From the IMG/VR virus record IMGVR_UViG_3300027693_000018, positions 1-27,739 of that record: 27,739 nucleotides of DNA, one strand, 5' to 3'. Source of the DNA: a virus. Lineage: Duplodnaviria > Caudoviricetes. Shown one piece after another: positions 15,586 to 24,025 of this stretch; the stretch's first letter is position 1, and each line of letters starts with the position of its first letter. A program made the translations under genes and the position numbers. Below the pieces are notes generated by a model that was not told the DNA's origin, did not search any database, and saw nothing but the letters and a program-made list of their open reading frames with translations.

Positions 15586-16361
15586 GGCACCACCACCTGC
15601 ACACCTTGTGCGCCCGTATACCGGGCCAAGTCAATCCAGCGGTAATACGTCCCCGGATCGGGGGACATGCTGAACACCCCCAGCGCATCCGTGAATGCCT
15701 CATACACCCGATTGCTCCCGCCGGCATCCGTCGAAAGCTGCACCCGCACCCCATCCAACGGATTCACCCCGTCCGTGATCGTGTCCGTGTACGTCCCCGT
15801 TCCGGTTCCGCCGCCATACGCTGCAATCGCATCCAACACCGTCTTGATCGCCACCAGCGTCTCAGTCGTCCAGCCCGCGCCCTTGATCGCGGTGAGCGTG
15901 GCTTCGAGCGCCACCGCGCCCGTCAAGTAGCCCGCCTTCGTCGGCGTCCAGACACCCAGCATGTCGCCCGCCGTCTGCGCGGTGCCGCCGACTTGTTCCG
16001 TGTCCGCGGCCCAGGGCAACAGCGCCGTACCGTTCCAGTAACCGATGATGCCGCCGATCAGGGTGTCCGAGATCGCCGGTGTCGCACCTACCCGCTCATA
16101 CACGTCGAGCCAGTAGAAGCCGACGGCCGTCAGCAGCGCGGGCCAATCGCCCACATAAAAATAACTGCTTCCCGGCGTCTCCGTCAGCGCGATCCAGTAG
16201 TTGCCGTCCGTCGCCGCGGCGTTGTACCAGTTGGCAATGGCCAGGGCTTCGAGCGCGGGCGCGTCGGTGTCCTTATTCCAGTACAACCGCGCACTGTTGC
16301 GGATCGTTACGTAGACGTTCTTCGCCGTGCCGCTGTGCCGCCATGCAATCTCAGATGCCAT
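15582..16361 (-). CDS. putative virion accessory protein (259 aa) with C-terminal Ig/prealbumin-like domain
   Basis: C-terminal ITDGVNPLDGVRVQL...TDALGVF...PGTY. Stop overlaps the adaptor start. Confidence 0.55.
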   Translation of the reverse strand: MASEIAWRHSGTAKNVYVTIRNSARLYWNKDTDAPALEALAIANWYNAAATDGNYWIALTETPGSSYFYVGDWPALLTAVGFYWLDVYERVGATPAISDTLIGGIIGYWNGTALLPWAADTEQVGGTAQTAGDMLGVWTPTKAGYLTGAVALEATLTAIKGAGWTTETLVAIKTVLDAIAAYGGGTGTGTYTDTITDGVNPLDGVRVQLSTDAGGSNRVYEAFTDALGVFSMSPDPGTYYRWIDLARYTGAQGVQVVVP

Positions 16362-16364
16362 CTG

Positions 16365-17669
16365 CTACCGCCTTACCACGTTGCCGCCGATGACCGGCAC
16401 GCCACCACCACCGCCGCCCGCGACCAACTCGCCCTCAAACTCCGTGCCTGCCGCACCGTAGAACACACCGTCCTTCACATCAGCTTCCGCCGGAATCGCG
16501 AACGTGCCCGCCGTGCCGGAGGCTGGCCCGTAGACCGCCGTGTCGATCACCTCGCCCACAGACGGCTCGTGATACGTGCCCCCGCCCGCGACCGTGACCT
16601 CAGCCGCAGCCGGCAAAATCAGCGTGCTGTCGTATTCCAGCGCGCCCCATTCACGCTGCCCGCCGATGGCGGCTGTGCCGCGCAGGTCTGTCGTTGTAGG
16701 TGACGTGCCGGCGACGTTGACGAGCTGCGAGTAGGAGGCCAGATCGAATGGGGAAATCAGGCGCCCGCCGTTGACCGCCTCGAAGAACCAGCGCGTGTCC
16801 AATAACGGGGGATAGGCGTTAGAAGCCGCGCCCACGCTAACATTCGTGCGCGCCGTCGTGCAGCCTGATATTGCGTTGTAGTCCTCCGTAATCATGCCCG
16901 CCCCACCGGCATATAGCCCGGTCCCCGCCGATGCCACGATATTGTTAGTTACCGTAGTAGTCTGTCCGGCAGCTAAATTCAGCACCAGCACACCATATTG
17001 CCCGCCAAGCAACGTGCTATTTTTGACGGTAATACCGCCGACCTTCTCGATGTAGAGCGAACCAGCTGTATAGCCGTGATGCACAAAAATGCAATTGTTG
17101 ATCTGATGACCGACTTCTGACAGCGCCCCCGAATGTGTGAAAGTCACCAAATAGAGAGACGCTTTGCCGACCATCGCAAAGCAACTGCTCAGTGTGACCG
17201 CCGCTTGCCCTGAGCCGTCAACATAGAGGCAGGTGGCAACTAACGTGTTGGTATTCGAAGAAAAGTAGCAGTTGTTGATCGTCCACGTGTTCGGACTGGT
17301 CAGCATCACCAGCGACCCAGTTGTCATGCTGAACAGAAACCCGGTAAATGTGCGGTAGTTTTTGCCGCTGGCAACGATGCAATTAGCCCTGGTTGCCGAT
17401 TGGTCGTTGTCGCTGCCCGTGATGCGTACGACGCCGCCGACGCCATCAGTGTTCGCCCCGGTGTAGTCACCTATGTAGGTGATGTGGTTGCCCGCACCGC
17501 CAGACACGTCAACTGTGAGCGCCTCGCGATACGTGCCCGGCCCGACATAAACGGTATCGCCGGCCGCGACGGGAATGTCCTCCGCGCCGGTCAGCGTGAG
17601 TTTGCGCAAAGCCCACGAAGTACCGGCATTGGCGTTATTCCCGCCAACGCCGACGTAGTAGGTCGTCAT
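16365..17669 (-). CDS. right-handed beta-helix (pectin lyase-like) virion protein
   Basis: TYYVGVGGNNANAGTSW...AGDTVYVGPGTYRE N-terminus and INNCYF/INNCIF rungs. C-terminal PAEADVKDGVFYG. Confidence 0.75.
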   Translation of the reverse strand: MTTYYVGVGGNNANAGTSWALRKLTLTGAEDIPVAAGDTVYVGPGTYREALTVDVSGGAGNHITYIGDYTGANTDGVGGVVRITGSDNDQSATRANCIVASGKNYRTFTGFLFSMTTGSLVMLTSPNTWTINNCYFSSNTNTLVATCLYVDGSGQAAVTLSSCFAMVGKASLYLVTFTHSGALSEVGHQINNCIFVHHGYTAGSLYIEKVGGITVKNSTLLGGQYGVLVLNLAAGQTTTVTNNIVASAGTGLYAGGAGMITEDYNAISGCTTARTNVSVGAASNAYPPLLDTRWFFEAVNGGRLISPFDLASYSQLVNVAGTSPTTTDLRGTAAIGGQREWGALEYDSTLILPAAAEVTVAGGGTYHEPSVGEVIDTAVYGPASGTAGTFAIPAEADVKDGVFYGAAGTEFEGELVAGGGGGGVPVIGGNVVRR

Positions 17670-17944
17670 GCACTACCCGCCAGAATACGATTCTGCGCGA
17701 TTTCCAGCGCCAGCGAGTAGAGGATCATGGACTCGTTCGGCAGGTCGCGCAGATCGGGCGGAATCAGGATGTAGTTGTGCGCGATGGCCGTCAGGCCCTC
17801 GGGGATGGGCGTGCCGTAGTAATGCCACTCCGCCGTGCCGTCGTCAAACAGCGCCTTGAAATGGAAGTAAATCTTCGAGGCCACGCCAGCCGCTACGATC
17901 TTGTCCGTCCAAAATTCCTCGATGACCGTGATCTGTTTTGCCAT
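17666..17944 (-). CDS. hypothetical protein (92 aa)
   Basis: GGAGG upstream. ATGA overlap with the next gene. Confidence 0.7.
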   Translation of the reverse strand: MAKQITVIEEFWTDKIVAAGVASKIYFHFKALFDDGTAEWHYYGTPIPEGLTAIAHNYILIPPDLRDLPNESMILYSLALEIAQNRILAGSA

Positions 17945-18011
17945 CTATCCCATCCTCCCACTGCCCAGCAGCACGATTGTTCCCGGTCGCAACATAAGGA
18001 ACATTATCTAT

Positions 18012-18566
18012 TCAGCCCTCGTAGGTGTGCATGCCGAAGTAAAAACTCATCGTGGCGGTGTTCGCGCCCAACGACATACAACGCGCCCAGCCGAGCACAC
18101 CCGCCGTTTGGCGCCTGTCGTTGATCGGGATCTCCGTGCGGTCGGAGTTGGTCGCGTTGACTCGGAACACAAATTCAGTGAACGTGCCCGCGGTCACTGC
18201 GGCGTCCGCGTCCGCACCAAAGGCCAGTTGGACAAAGTACGGCGTCGTCTCTTGCACGTCCGTAACGAAAACCTTGTGGAGATCGAATTTCTCGGTCGTG
18301 TCGGCGCTGCCCAGGATTTGCACCCAGGACCCCCAGGTCAGATTGCCGCCGTCGATCTCGAAGGCGACGATGCCCTGCCCGATGCGGTCGGCCTTGTGCG
18401 TGCCGGAGGGCGTCGCCGCCACTCCGTACCATTTTTCGTAACAGTGCAAGTGACGCTCGATCTCATGCACCCGGTAGCCCAACGAGTTGTTGGTGCCCAG
18501 GAGGCCCAACACGGCCGCGCTGTCGATCTTGGCGAGTTGGTCTTGATTGATCGTCGCCCAGGTCAT
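18012..18566 (-). CDS. putative virion accessory protein (184 aa)
   Basis: ATG 18566 overlaps the upstream stop. Beta-rich C-terminal domain. Confidence 0.65.
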   Translation of the reverse strand: MTWATINQDQLAKIDSAAVLGLLGTNNSLGYRVHEIERHLHCYEKWYGVAATPSGTHKADRIGQGIVAFEIDGGNLTWGSWVQILGSADTTEKFDLHKVFVTDVQETTPYFVQLAFGADADAAVTAGTFTEFVFRVNATNSDRTEIPINDRRQTAGVLGWARCMSLGANTATMSFYFGMHTYEG

Positions 18567-19144
18567 AGCGCACCCCCGGCCCCCGCCACTACCGCCCCGG
18601 TCGCGTTCAGCGGTTCCCACACGCAGTGGAACACCAGCGAGCCAGTCGTCAGGGCTTCGGTTTTGATCTCGTAACCGATGTCAAGGCCGTTGCTCACGTA
18701 GTCCATCACGCAGTTGGCGAACGTGTCACAGCCCAGGGTCGGCGTGGCGTCATACCAGAGATCGCCACTGTCAAGTTCTGTTTCGTCGGTGTCCGCGATG
18801 AAAGCATCGGTATCGGAGGCGTGCCCGAAGCACAGCGTCGCGCCGTGAGCGTCGCTGTCGATGTTGCCGGTACATGTGATCCACATACGCAGCCGCACCA
18901 GCCCCGTCACGTCAAACACTTCCTGGGTCGTTGCCGCATTCCAGGTCGCACTCGTCATATCGGCGGTTACCGCCAGATAGCGGCTGTTGTTGGAGCTGGG
19001 ACCCAGATGATTCTGGAGGATGCCCAGCCGCGTCGCCAGGCTACTGTTGGCTACGTCTCCCAGGATGCTCCCGATCTGCGCCGTGCCGCCCGTGTTGGTC
19101 AGCGTGCCGATCTCCCCCTGCAGGCCGTTCAATACCGCTGGCAT
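18563..19144 (-). CDS. putative virion accessory protein (193 aa)
   Basis: GGAGGGTGA RBS. Jelly-roll-like C-terminus. Confidence 0.65.
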   Translation of the reverse strand: MPAVLNGLQGEIGTLTNTGGTAQIGSILGDVANSSLATRLGILQNHLGPSSNNSRYLAVTADMTSATWNAATTQEVFDVTGLVRLRMWITCTGNIDSDAHGATLCFGHASDTDAFIADTDETELDSGDLWYDATPTLGCDTFANCVMDYVSNGLDIGYEIKTEALTTGSLVFHCVWEPLNATGAVVAGAGGAL

Positions 19145-19147
19145 GGC

Positions 19148-19483
19148 TCACCCTCCCCGGACGGTGATGGTCACGCCATACGTCCGCTTGTCGGTGTTCG
19201 CAAACTGCACGTCAATCGCATCCCCGGGATGCAGATAGGTGAGCTGATCCGGCCACCAGAAGACATCCGTGGTCCCGGCCGTGCTGGGATTGACGCTGTA
19301 GAGCGTAGTGTCAAACTCAGCCCCATCCGCGCTGTCGAGCGTGATCGTCAGGTTCTCCGAGGTGGTCGGCGCGGCTGACAGGTTGACGGCCACCGAGACG
19401 AGCTGATAGTGCTGCCCGCTCGGCGTAACGTGCGTCGCGTTGATGGCCCCGGCCCCGGTCGCCACGGTTTTCAGTATCGCCAT
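19148..19483 (-). CDS. putative virion accessory protein (111 aa)
   Basis: GGAGGG RBS before ATG 19483. All-beta composition. Confidence 0.65.
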   Translation of the reverse strand: MAILKTVATGAGAINATHVTPSGQHYQLVSVAVNLSAAPTTSENLTITLDSADGAEFDTTLYSVNPSTAGTTDVFWWPDQLTYLHPGDAIDVQFANTDKRTYGVTITVRGG

Positions 19484-19549
19484 GCTGCCCTCCATCCGGG
19501 CCGGAGCTGAGCCCCGGCCCGTACCATCAAATGCGTTGCAACGCCCCGC

Positions 19550-20263
19550 CTACGTCCCGCTCTGCACCTGGATCGCCCGCGCCCAGTAGACGGTCAGCGT
19601 CTGCGCGCTGGCCTCGCCGGTCGCGATCGCGATCAGCGCGGCCAGGTGTTCGTCGTTGCAAAAACTGACGTTCGTGGCGCCCAAGGTCACCGCCAGCGCA
19701 CCGTTGACGTAGGCCGAGATCGTGCTGCCGTCGTAGTACCACTCGGCCGTGATCACGGTGTCGTCGACCAGCGTGGCCACGGCAGTCTCGACTTCCGCGC
19801 TGTTTTTTTCCAGCACGAACCCGAGCGACGTGGCCGCGTCCGCCGTGCGGAAGTAGATCCCGTCCGTCAGCCCGCCGATCACCTCTTCGTCGTTGATCGC
19901 CAGCCCGAGCAGGAAATCCACCTGCGTAATGTCGTTGCAGGCGAACTTGCACCCGAAGTAGGCCGGCCAGGGCTGCGCGAAGTAGAAGCCCTCGCCCCAC
20001 TGGGCCTGCAAACCCTGATCCTCGGTGCCGGATGTCACGAAGTTCAGGCCGCCGCCGCTGATGCTGTCGGCGCTGACCATCGTGCCGGCCGTATAGGCGT
20101 CGACATCCGCGCCGGCCGCCGTGGTCGTCGAGACCACCGGCGAGTTGACCGGGTTGAGGAACCACTTCACCACGTTCGGCCCGAACGCATCGAACCAGCG
20201 CCAGGTAAGGTTGCTGTCGCGCACCACCAGGTTGTTGTTGATCGTCGTCAGTTCAGTCGCCAT
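19550..20263 (-). CDS. ConA/lectin-like beta-sandwich virion protein (paralogue of 13256..13978)
   Basis: GGAGGTG RBS before ATG 20263. AEWYYDGSTISAYVNG motif. Confidence 0.65.
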   Translation of the reverse strand: MATELTTINNNLVVRDSNLTWRWFDAFGPNVVKWFLNPVNSPVVSTTTAAGADVDAYTAGTMVSADSISGGGLNFVTSGTEDQGLQAQWGEGFYFAQPWPAYFGCKFACNDITQVDFLLGLAINDEEVIGGLTDGIYFRTADAATSLGFVLEKNSAEVETAVATLVDDTVITAEWYYDGSTISAYVNGALAVTLGATNVSFCNDEHLAALIAIATGEASAQTLTVYWARAIQVQSGT

Positions 20264-20273
20264 CAGCCACCTC

Positions 20274-21203
20274 CTAGCTATCGATCGTGTAGGAGAACAG
20301 GCCCGCATAGGCGTTCACGGCGTTCGAGTAGTTCACCCGCGCCCCGACCGCCAACCCCGTTCCCGTTACACCCTTGACGCCGTTCCTCAGATTGACCGTC
20401 GTCACGTCCTCGACGAACCCGGTGGACGAGTTGTGCGCCGCGATGCCCAGGCCGGCCCCGGTCTCGTTGTTCAGCAGCCGGATGTTCTCGATCGTGATGT
20501 CCACCGAGGCCGCCGCGCTCAGCGCCACCGGCGCCGCCGTGCAGAAACAGTAGATCCGGCTGTTGACGAACCGGAAGCGATCCGCCGCCCCGACGCACAG
20601 GATCACGTTCGTGGCCGGCGCCGTCAGGCCGGCCGCCGCGATCTCGTTGAACCGGAAGCCGTCGATGGTCACGTCCGAGCAGAGCGCCGCGATGCTGACC
20701 TGGATCAACGCCCCCAGGATCACGCTGGTATTGCGGCACTCGACATTTTTCAGCGTCGTACCGGTCGCCGTGGCCGCCAGCGTGATGGCCGCAGCCACGC
20801 TCAAGTAGTTGCTCACCACTAGCACGTTTTCCACCCAGCAGTTCGCCGCCGTAATACTGATCGTCGCCGTGTTGGCCGTGATCAGGCTCAGCGTCGGCCG
20901 CAGCGCGCCGTAGCCCAAACCGACCACCTTGACGCCGGCAACGTCGAGCACGCAGCCCGTCCCGTTGGCGATGTTCTCGGCGTGGCCGGGCATCAGGTAG
21001 ATCACGTCGCCCTTGTTCGCCGTGCACAGGCCGACCGCATAGTCCAAAGTCGCCAACGGCGCATCGGGGTTGCGCCCGTAGCCGGCCCCGTCCGTCCCCG
21101 TCCCCGCATGCACCCAGAACACCGACCCCGACGGAATGTTCTCGCGATCTGTCACCGCAAAAAAGCCGCCCGGCTGGTGGCGCACAAACAGTTTAGTATC
21201 CAT
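20274..21203 (-). CDS. beta-helix-type head fibre/decoration candidate (309 aa)
   Basis: VFWV...GTD...GRNPDAPLATLDYAVGLCTANKGDVIYLMPGHAE pectin-lyase-like start. Confidence 0.65.
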   Translation of the reverse strand: MDTKLFVRHQPGGFFAVTDRENIPSGSVFWVHAGTGTDGAGYGRNPDAPLATLDYAVGLCTANKGDVIYLMPGHAENIANGTGCVLDVAGVKVVGLGYGALRPTLSLITANTATISITAANCWVENVLVVSNYLSVAAAITLAATATGTTLKNVECRNTSVILGALIQVSIAALCSDVTIDGFRFNEIAAAGLTAPATNVILCVGAADRFRFVNSRIYCFCTAAPVALSAAASVDITIENIRLLNNETGAGLGIAAHNSSTGFVEDVTTVNLRNGVKGVTGTGLAVGARVNYSNAVNAYAGLFSYTIDS

Positions 21204-21266
21204 CTCTCACCCCTTTGACCTTTGTGGGGGCAGGGTTGCCCCCGCCCCTCCAGGATTCAGGCTCGC

Positions 21267-21743
21267 TCAGTCCGTGATGATCGTCGGCAGGCTGGCGCCC
21301 TGGTAATTCGGCAGCCCGAGGAAGAAAATCTCGCATCGGTTGCTGCCGTGCCCGCCGCTGTCGTCCAGGTACACGCAGTCGTAGCCGTTCGCCAGGTCCA
21401 GCACGCACGGGTCGACTTCCAACACCCACAGCACGCCGTTCTGCGTCGCCGGGTCGATGACCAGCGAGTAGGCGTCAGTCTGCTTGACCAGCGTGTCCGA
21501 GGTGGTGCCCTGGTCGCTGTCCAGATAGTTCGGCAGCGCCGTGGTCACCGCCTTGTTGGTGGCGGCCGCCACATCGGTCGCCTGGTACAGGCTCAGCGTT
21601 AGGTCGGTGTCGTTGGCCCCGGTGTGATGCACCAGGAACCAGCCCCGGATCAGGTTTTTCATGCTGACCACGTCGCACGTCACCGCGTTCGCCGCCGTAT
21701 CGTTCAAGCAGACCACCTTCATCTGTTGCGCAAAGTTGAACAT
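21267..21743 (-). CDS. putative capsid decoration/cement protein (158 aa)
   Basis: Directly after the major capsid gene. LDLANGYDCV motif, beta-sandwich-like. Confidence 0.6.
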   Translation of the reverse strand: MFNFAQQMKVVCLNDTAANAVTCDVVSMKNLIRGWFLVHHTGANDTDLTLSLYQATDVAAATNKAVTTALPNYLDSDQGTTSDTLVKQTDAYSLVIDPATQNGVLWVLEVDPCVLDLANGYDCVYLDDSGGHGSNRCEIFFLGLPNYQGASLPTIITD

Positions 21744-21806
21744 CTCATCCTCCGTAAGAGCGGGACCGCCCGCCCCGTCTGTCTATCCCCCGTCCCCTGT
21801 CTCCCG

Positions 21807-23066
21807 TTAGCTCCGGGTCTGGAGCGCGACGTACGGCGACTGGTAGTTCGTCCCCTTGTACGGGGTCCGGTAGGTCTTCCACTTCGGCTTGGCGATGATC
21901 GGGTACACCCAGCGGAACGCCCGCTCGTTGTACAGGAAGAGCAGGTGCATGCTCTGGGCCGACTCCATGTCCTTCTGGATCAGCGCGACCTCGTTCCAGT
22001 TGACCAACAGGAAGTCGCCGACCGTGCCCAAAGTTTCGCACTGCTCCATCGCCAGCGCCGGCCTGCCCTTGATGCGCAGCACGCCGTCCGGGCCATAGGC
22101 GACGAAACGGGGTTCGAGCGCCCCGGTGCCGGCCGGCAGCGAGAGCTCGTCGAGCTGCGTTTCGCAGTCCTGGTTGTACAGCCACACCGCGCCGCCGCGC
22201 AGCCCGGCCGGCAGTCGGCTCCACATATCCGAGATGTTGCGGGTCGTGATGCTCTTGGCCGCCTGACCGGTTTCCTTGTTGACCGTCACCAGCGCCCCGG
22301 AGTTGAGCACGCCCAGGCTCTCCCCGGCGCCCGTGCCCCGGATCAGCTCGTCGTCAATCTTGAAGGCGAACTCGCTGGCGAACGCCGTGGTGAAGATGCT
22401 CTCCAGCGAACGCGCATCGCGCAGCGAACGCTCAGTGGCGTAGGCGATGCCCATCAGGTCCTCGAGCCGCAGCTCGAACAGCCCGATCGCCGGCTTGGTC
22501 GCCGTTACCGTGGCCGCCTCCGCGCGCCGGTAGACCCGGACGCCACCCCAACGCGAGCCGTTGACCCGGCTGGTCTCGTCGACGTAGGGCGCCTCGATCC
22601 CGTCGGCGCCGTCGCCCACCGGAATCGCATCGCACAACCCGGCGAGCTGGCTCGATTCGAGTGCCTTGTTCAGCAGCCGCAGGGTGTACTCCTTCCCTAC
22701 CAGGAACCCGCCATCCGACGGCACGCCCACCGACATGCCCGAGGCCGCCTGCATCTGCCGCGGCACGGCCAGCCCGGAGATGCCCGCCTGCGCAGCCAGG
22801 CCCTGCAGGATCTCGCCCAGGCTCAGCGGTTTCTCCAGCTCCAGATCGCGCATCCCGCTGATCTGCGCCGGCTGGCTCACTTGGGATGCGTACAGCGCCT
22901 CCATCGTGGCGATCTGCTCGTCCACGCCGGCGATCTCCGCCTTGATCTGGTTCGCCCGCTCCAGGTCCTCAGCCGTCGCCGTCAGCGCGCCGATCTTCTC
23001 GACCAGGCCCTGCGCCTCAGTGTTGAGGTCATGGCGCTTCTGTTTCAACGCCAACATCGGTTTCAT
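21807..23066 (-). CDS. major capsid protein, HK97 fold with N-terminal delta/scaffold domain
   Basis: Coiled-coil N-terminus, PSDGGFLV, and GTGAGESLGVLNSGA. GGAGGT RBS. Confidence 0.95.
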   Translation of the reverse strand: MKPMLALKQKRHDLNTEAQGLVEKIGALTATAEDLERANQIKAEIAGVDEQIATMEALYASQVSQPAQISGMRDLELEKPLSLGEILQGLAAQAGISGLAVPRQMQAASGMSVGVPSDGGFLVGKEYTLRLLNKALESSQLAGLCDAIPVGDGADGIEAPYVDETSRVNGSRWGGVRVYRRAEAATVTATKPAIGLFELRLEDLMGIAYATERSLRDARSLESIFTTAFASEFAFKIDDELIRGTGAGESLGVLNSGALVTVNKETGQAAKSITTRNISDMWSRLPAGLRGGAVWLYNQDCETQLDELSLPAGTGALEPRFVAYGPDGVLRIKGRPALAMEQCETLGTVGDFLLVNWNEVALIQKDMESAQSMHLLFLYNERAFRWVYPIIAKPKWKTYRTPYKGTNYQSPYVALQTRS

Positions 23067-23076
23067 CGTTTACCTC

Positions 23077-23105
23077 CGTTACTCGTTACTCGTTACTGGT
23101 TACTC
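23077..23105. repeat. heptamer tandem repeat (C/G)GTTACT x4
   Basis: cgttact cgttact cgttact ggttact, abutting the capsid RBS. Confidence 0.9.
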
Positions 23106-23170
23106 ACTCCGGCCGTCCGGTCTCGACGGAGCCATCCGCCCGGTTATCTCCACGGCCGTCGGGCCGTCTC

Positions 23171-24025
23171 TCACAACGTCGCCATGCGCAGCGCCTCGGC
23201 CTGCGCGCCGGCCCGGCGCTTCGCCAGCGCCAGCGCCCGCCCAACAGCGTCGTTCAGCGTGCCGATCCGGTCCGCCATGTGCGCGTCCACGGCCGCCTGC
23301 GCCGTCAGCACCCGGCCCTCGCCGAACCCGTTGCGCACCGTCGCCTCGGACCGCGCCCGCCCGCGCGCCACCGCCGCCACAAACATCTCGTAATAGGCGT
23401 CCACCTGGCCCTGCCAGTCGGCGCGCGCCTCCTCGGATAGCGGCTGGTACTGGTTGCCGTCCGTCTTGTACTTGCCCGCGCTGATCAGGGTCGGCGTGAC
23501 GCCCTCGGCATCCAGCGCCCGGCTCATGTCGAAATGCGTGGCGTAGATCCCGATCGATCCGGTCTGCGAGGAGGGCGAGACCATCACCTCATCCGCCTGC
23601 GCGCCGATCCAGTAGGCCGCCGACGCCATCAGCGTGTTGCTCAGCGCCACGATCGGCTTGCGGCCGCGCGCCCCGGCCACCAGGTCGGCAAACTCCGGCA
23701 CCCCGGCCACCGACCCGCCCGGGCTATCGAAATCCAGCACGATGGCCGCCACGCCCGGATCGTTGAGGCGCTGGGAGAACGCCGCGCTCAACCGATCCAA
23801 CGCCATGCCGCCGAACAGCATCTCGAACAGCCCGCCGCCGCCCCGGGGATAGATCGGCCCCACGATCGGCAGCACGGCCACCTGCCCGGCCTGCGTCGTC
23901 AACACCTCCTGCCGCGCGAGGGCCACGTGCCCGTCGTCCCCGCGCAGATAGGCCCGCCAGGTCTGCGCCATCCATTGCAGCGTCTCAGGCCGGATCGCCC
24001 AGATGTCATTCCAATACATGCTCAC
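23171..24025 (-). CDS. prohead protease, peptidase S49 (SppA / lambda gpC-like)
   Basis: LDFDSPGGSV, MASAAYWIG, GSIGIY and AGKYK motifs. Confidence 0.93.
   Translation of the reverse strand: MSMYWNDIWAIRPETLQWMAQTWRAYLRGDDGHVALARQEVLTTQAGQVAVLPIVGPIYPRGGGGLFEMLFGGMALDRLSAAFSQRLNDPGVAAIVLDFDSPGGSVAGVPEFADLVAGARGRKPIVALSNTLMASAAYWIGAQADEVMVSPSSQTGSIGIYATHFDMSRALDAEGVTPTLISAGKYKTDGNQYQPLSEEARADWQGQVDAYYEMFVAAVARGRARSEATVRNGFGEGRVLTAQAAVDAHMADRIGTLNDAVGRALALAKRRAGAQAEALRMATL

Noticed and set aside
21624-23393. Long plus-strand ORFs (589 aa here; also 5787..7217, 9088..9876, 9943..10941, 15606..16703)
   Set aside because: Antisense shadows of well-supported minus-strand genes in high-GC DNA, with Arg/Pro- or Ser/Ala-rich composition and no motifs.
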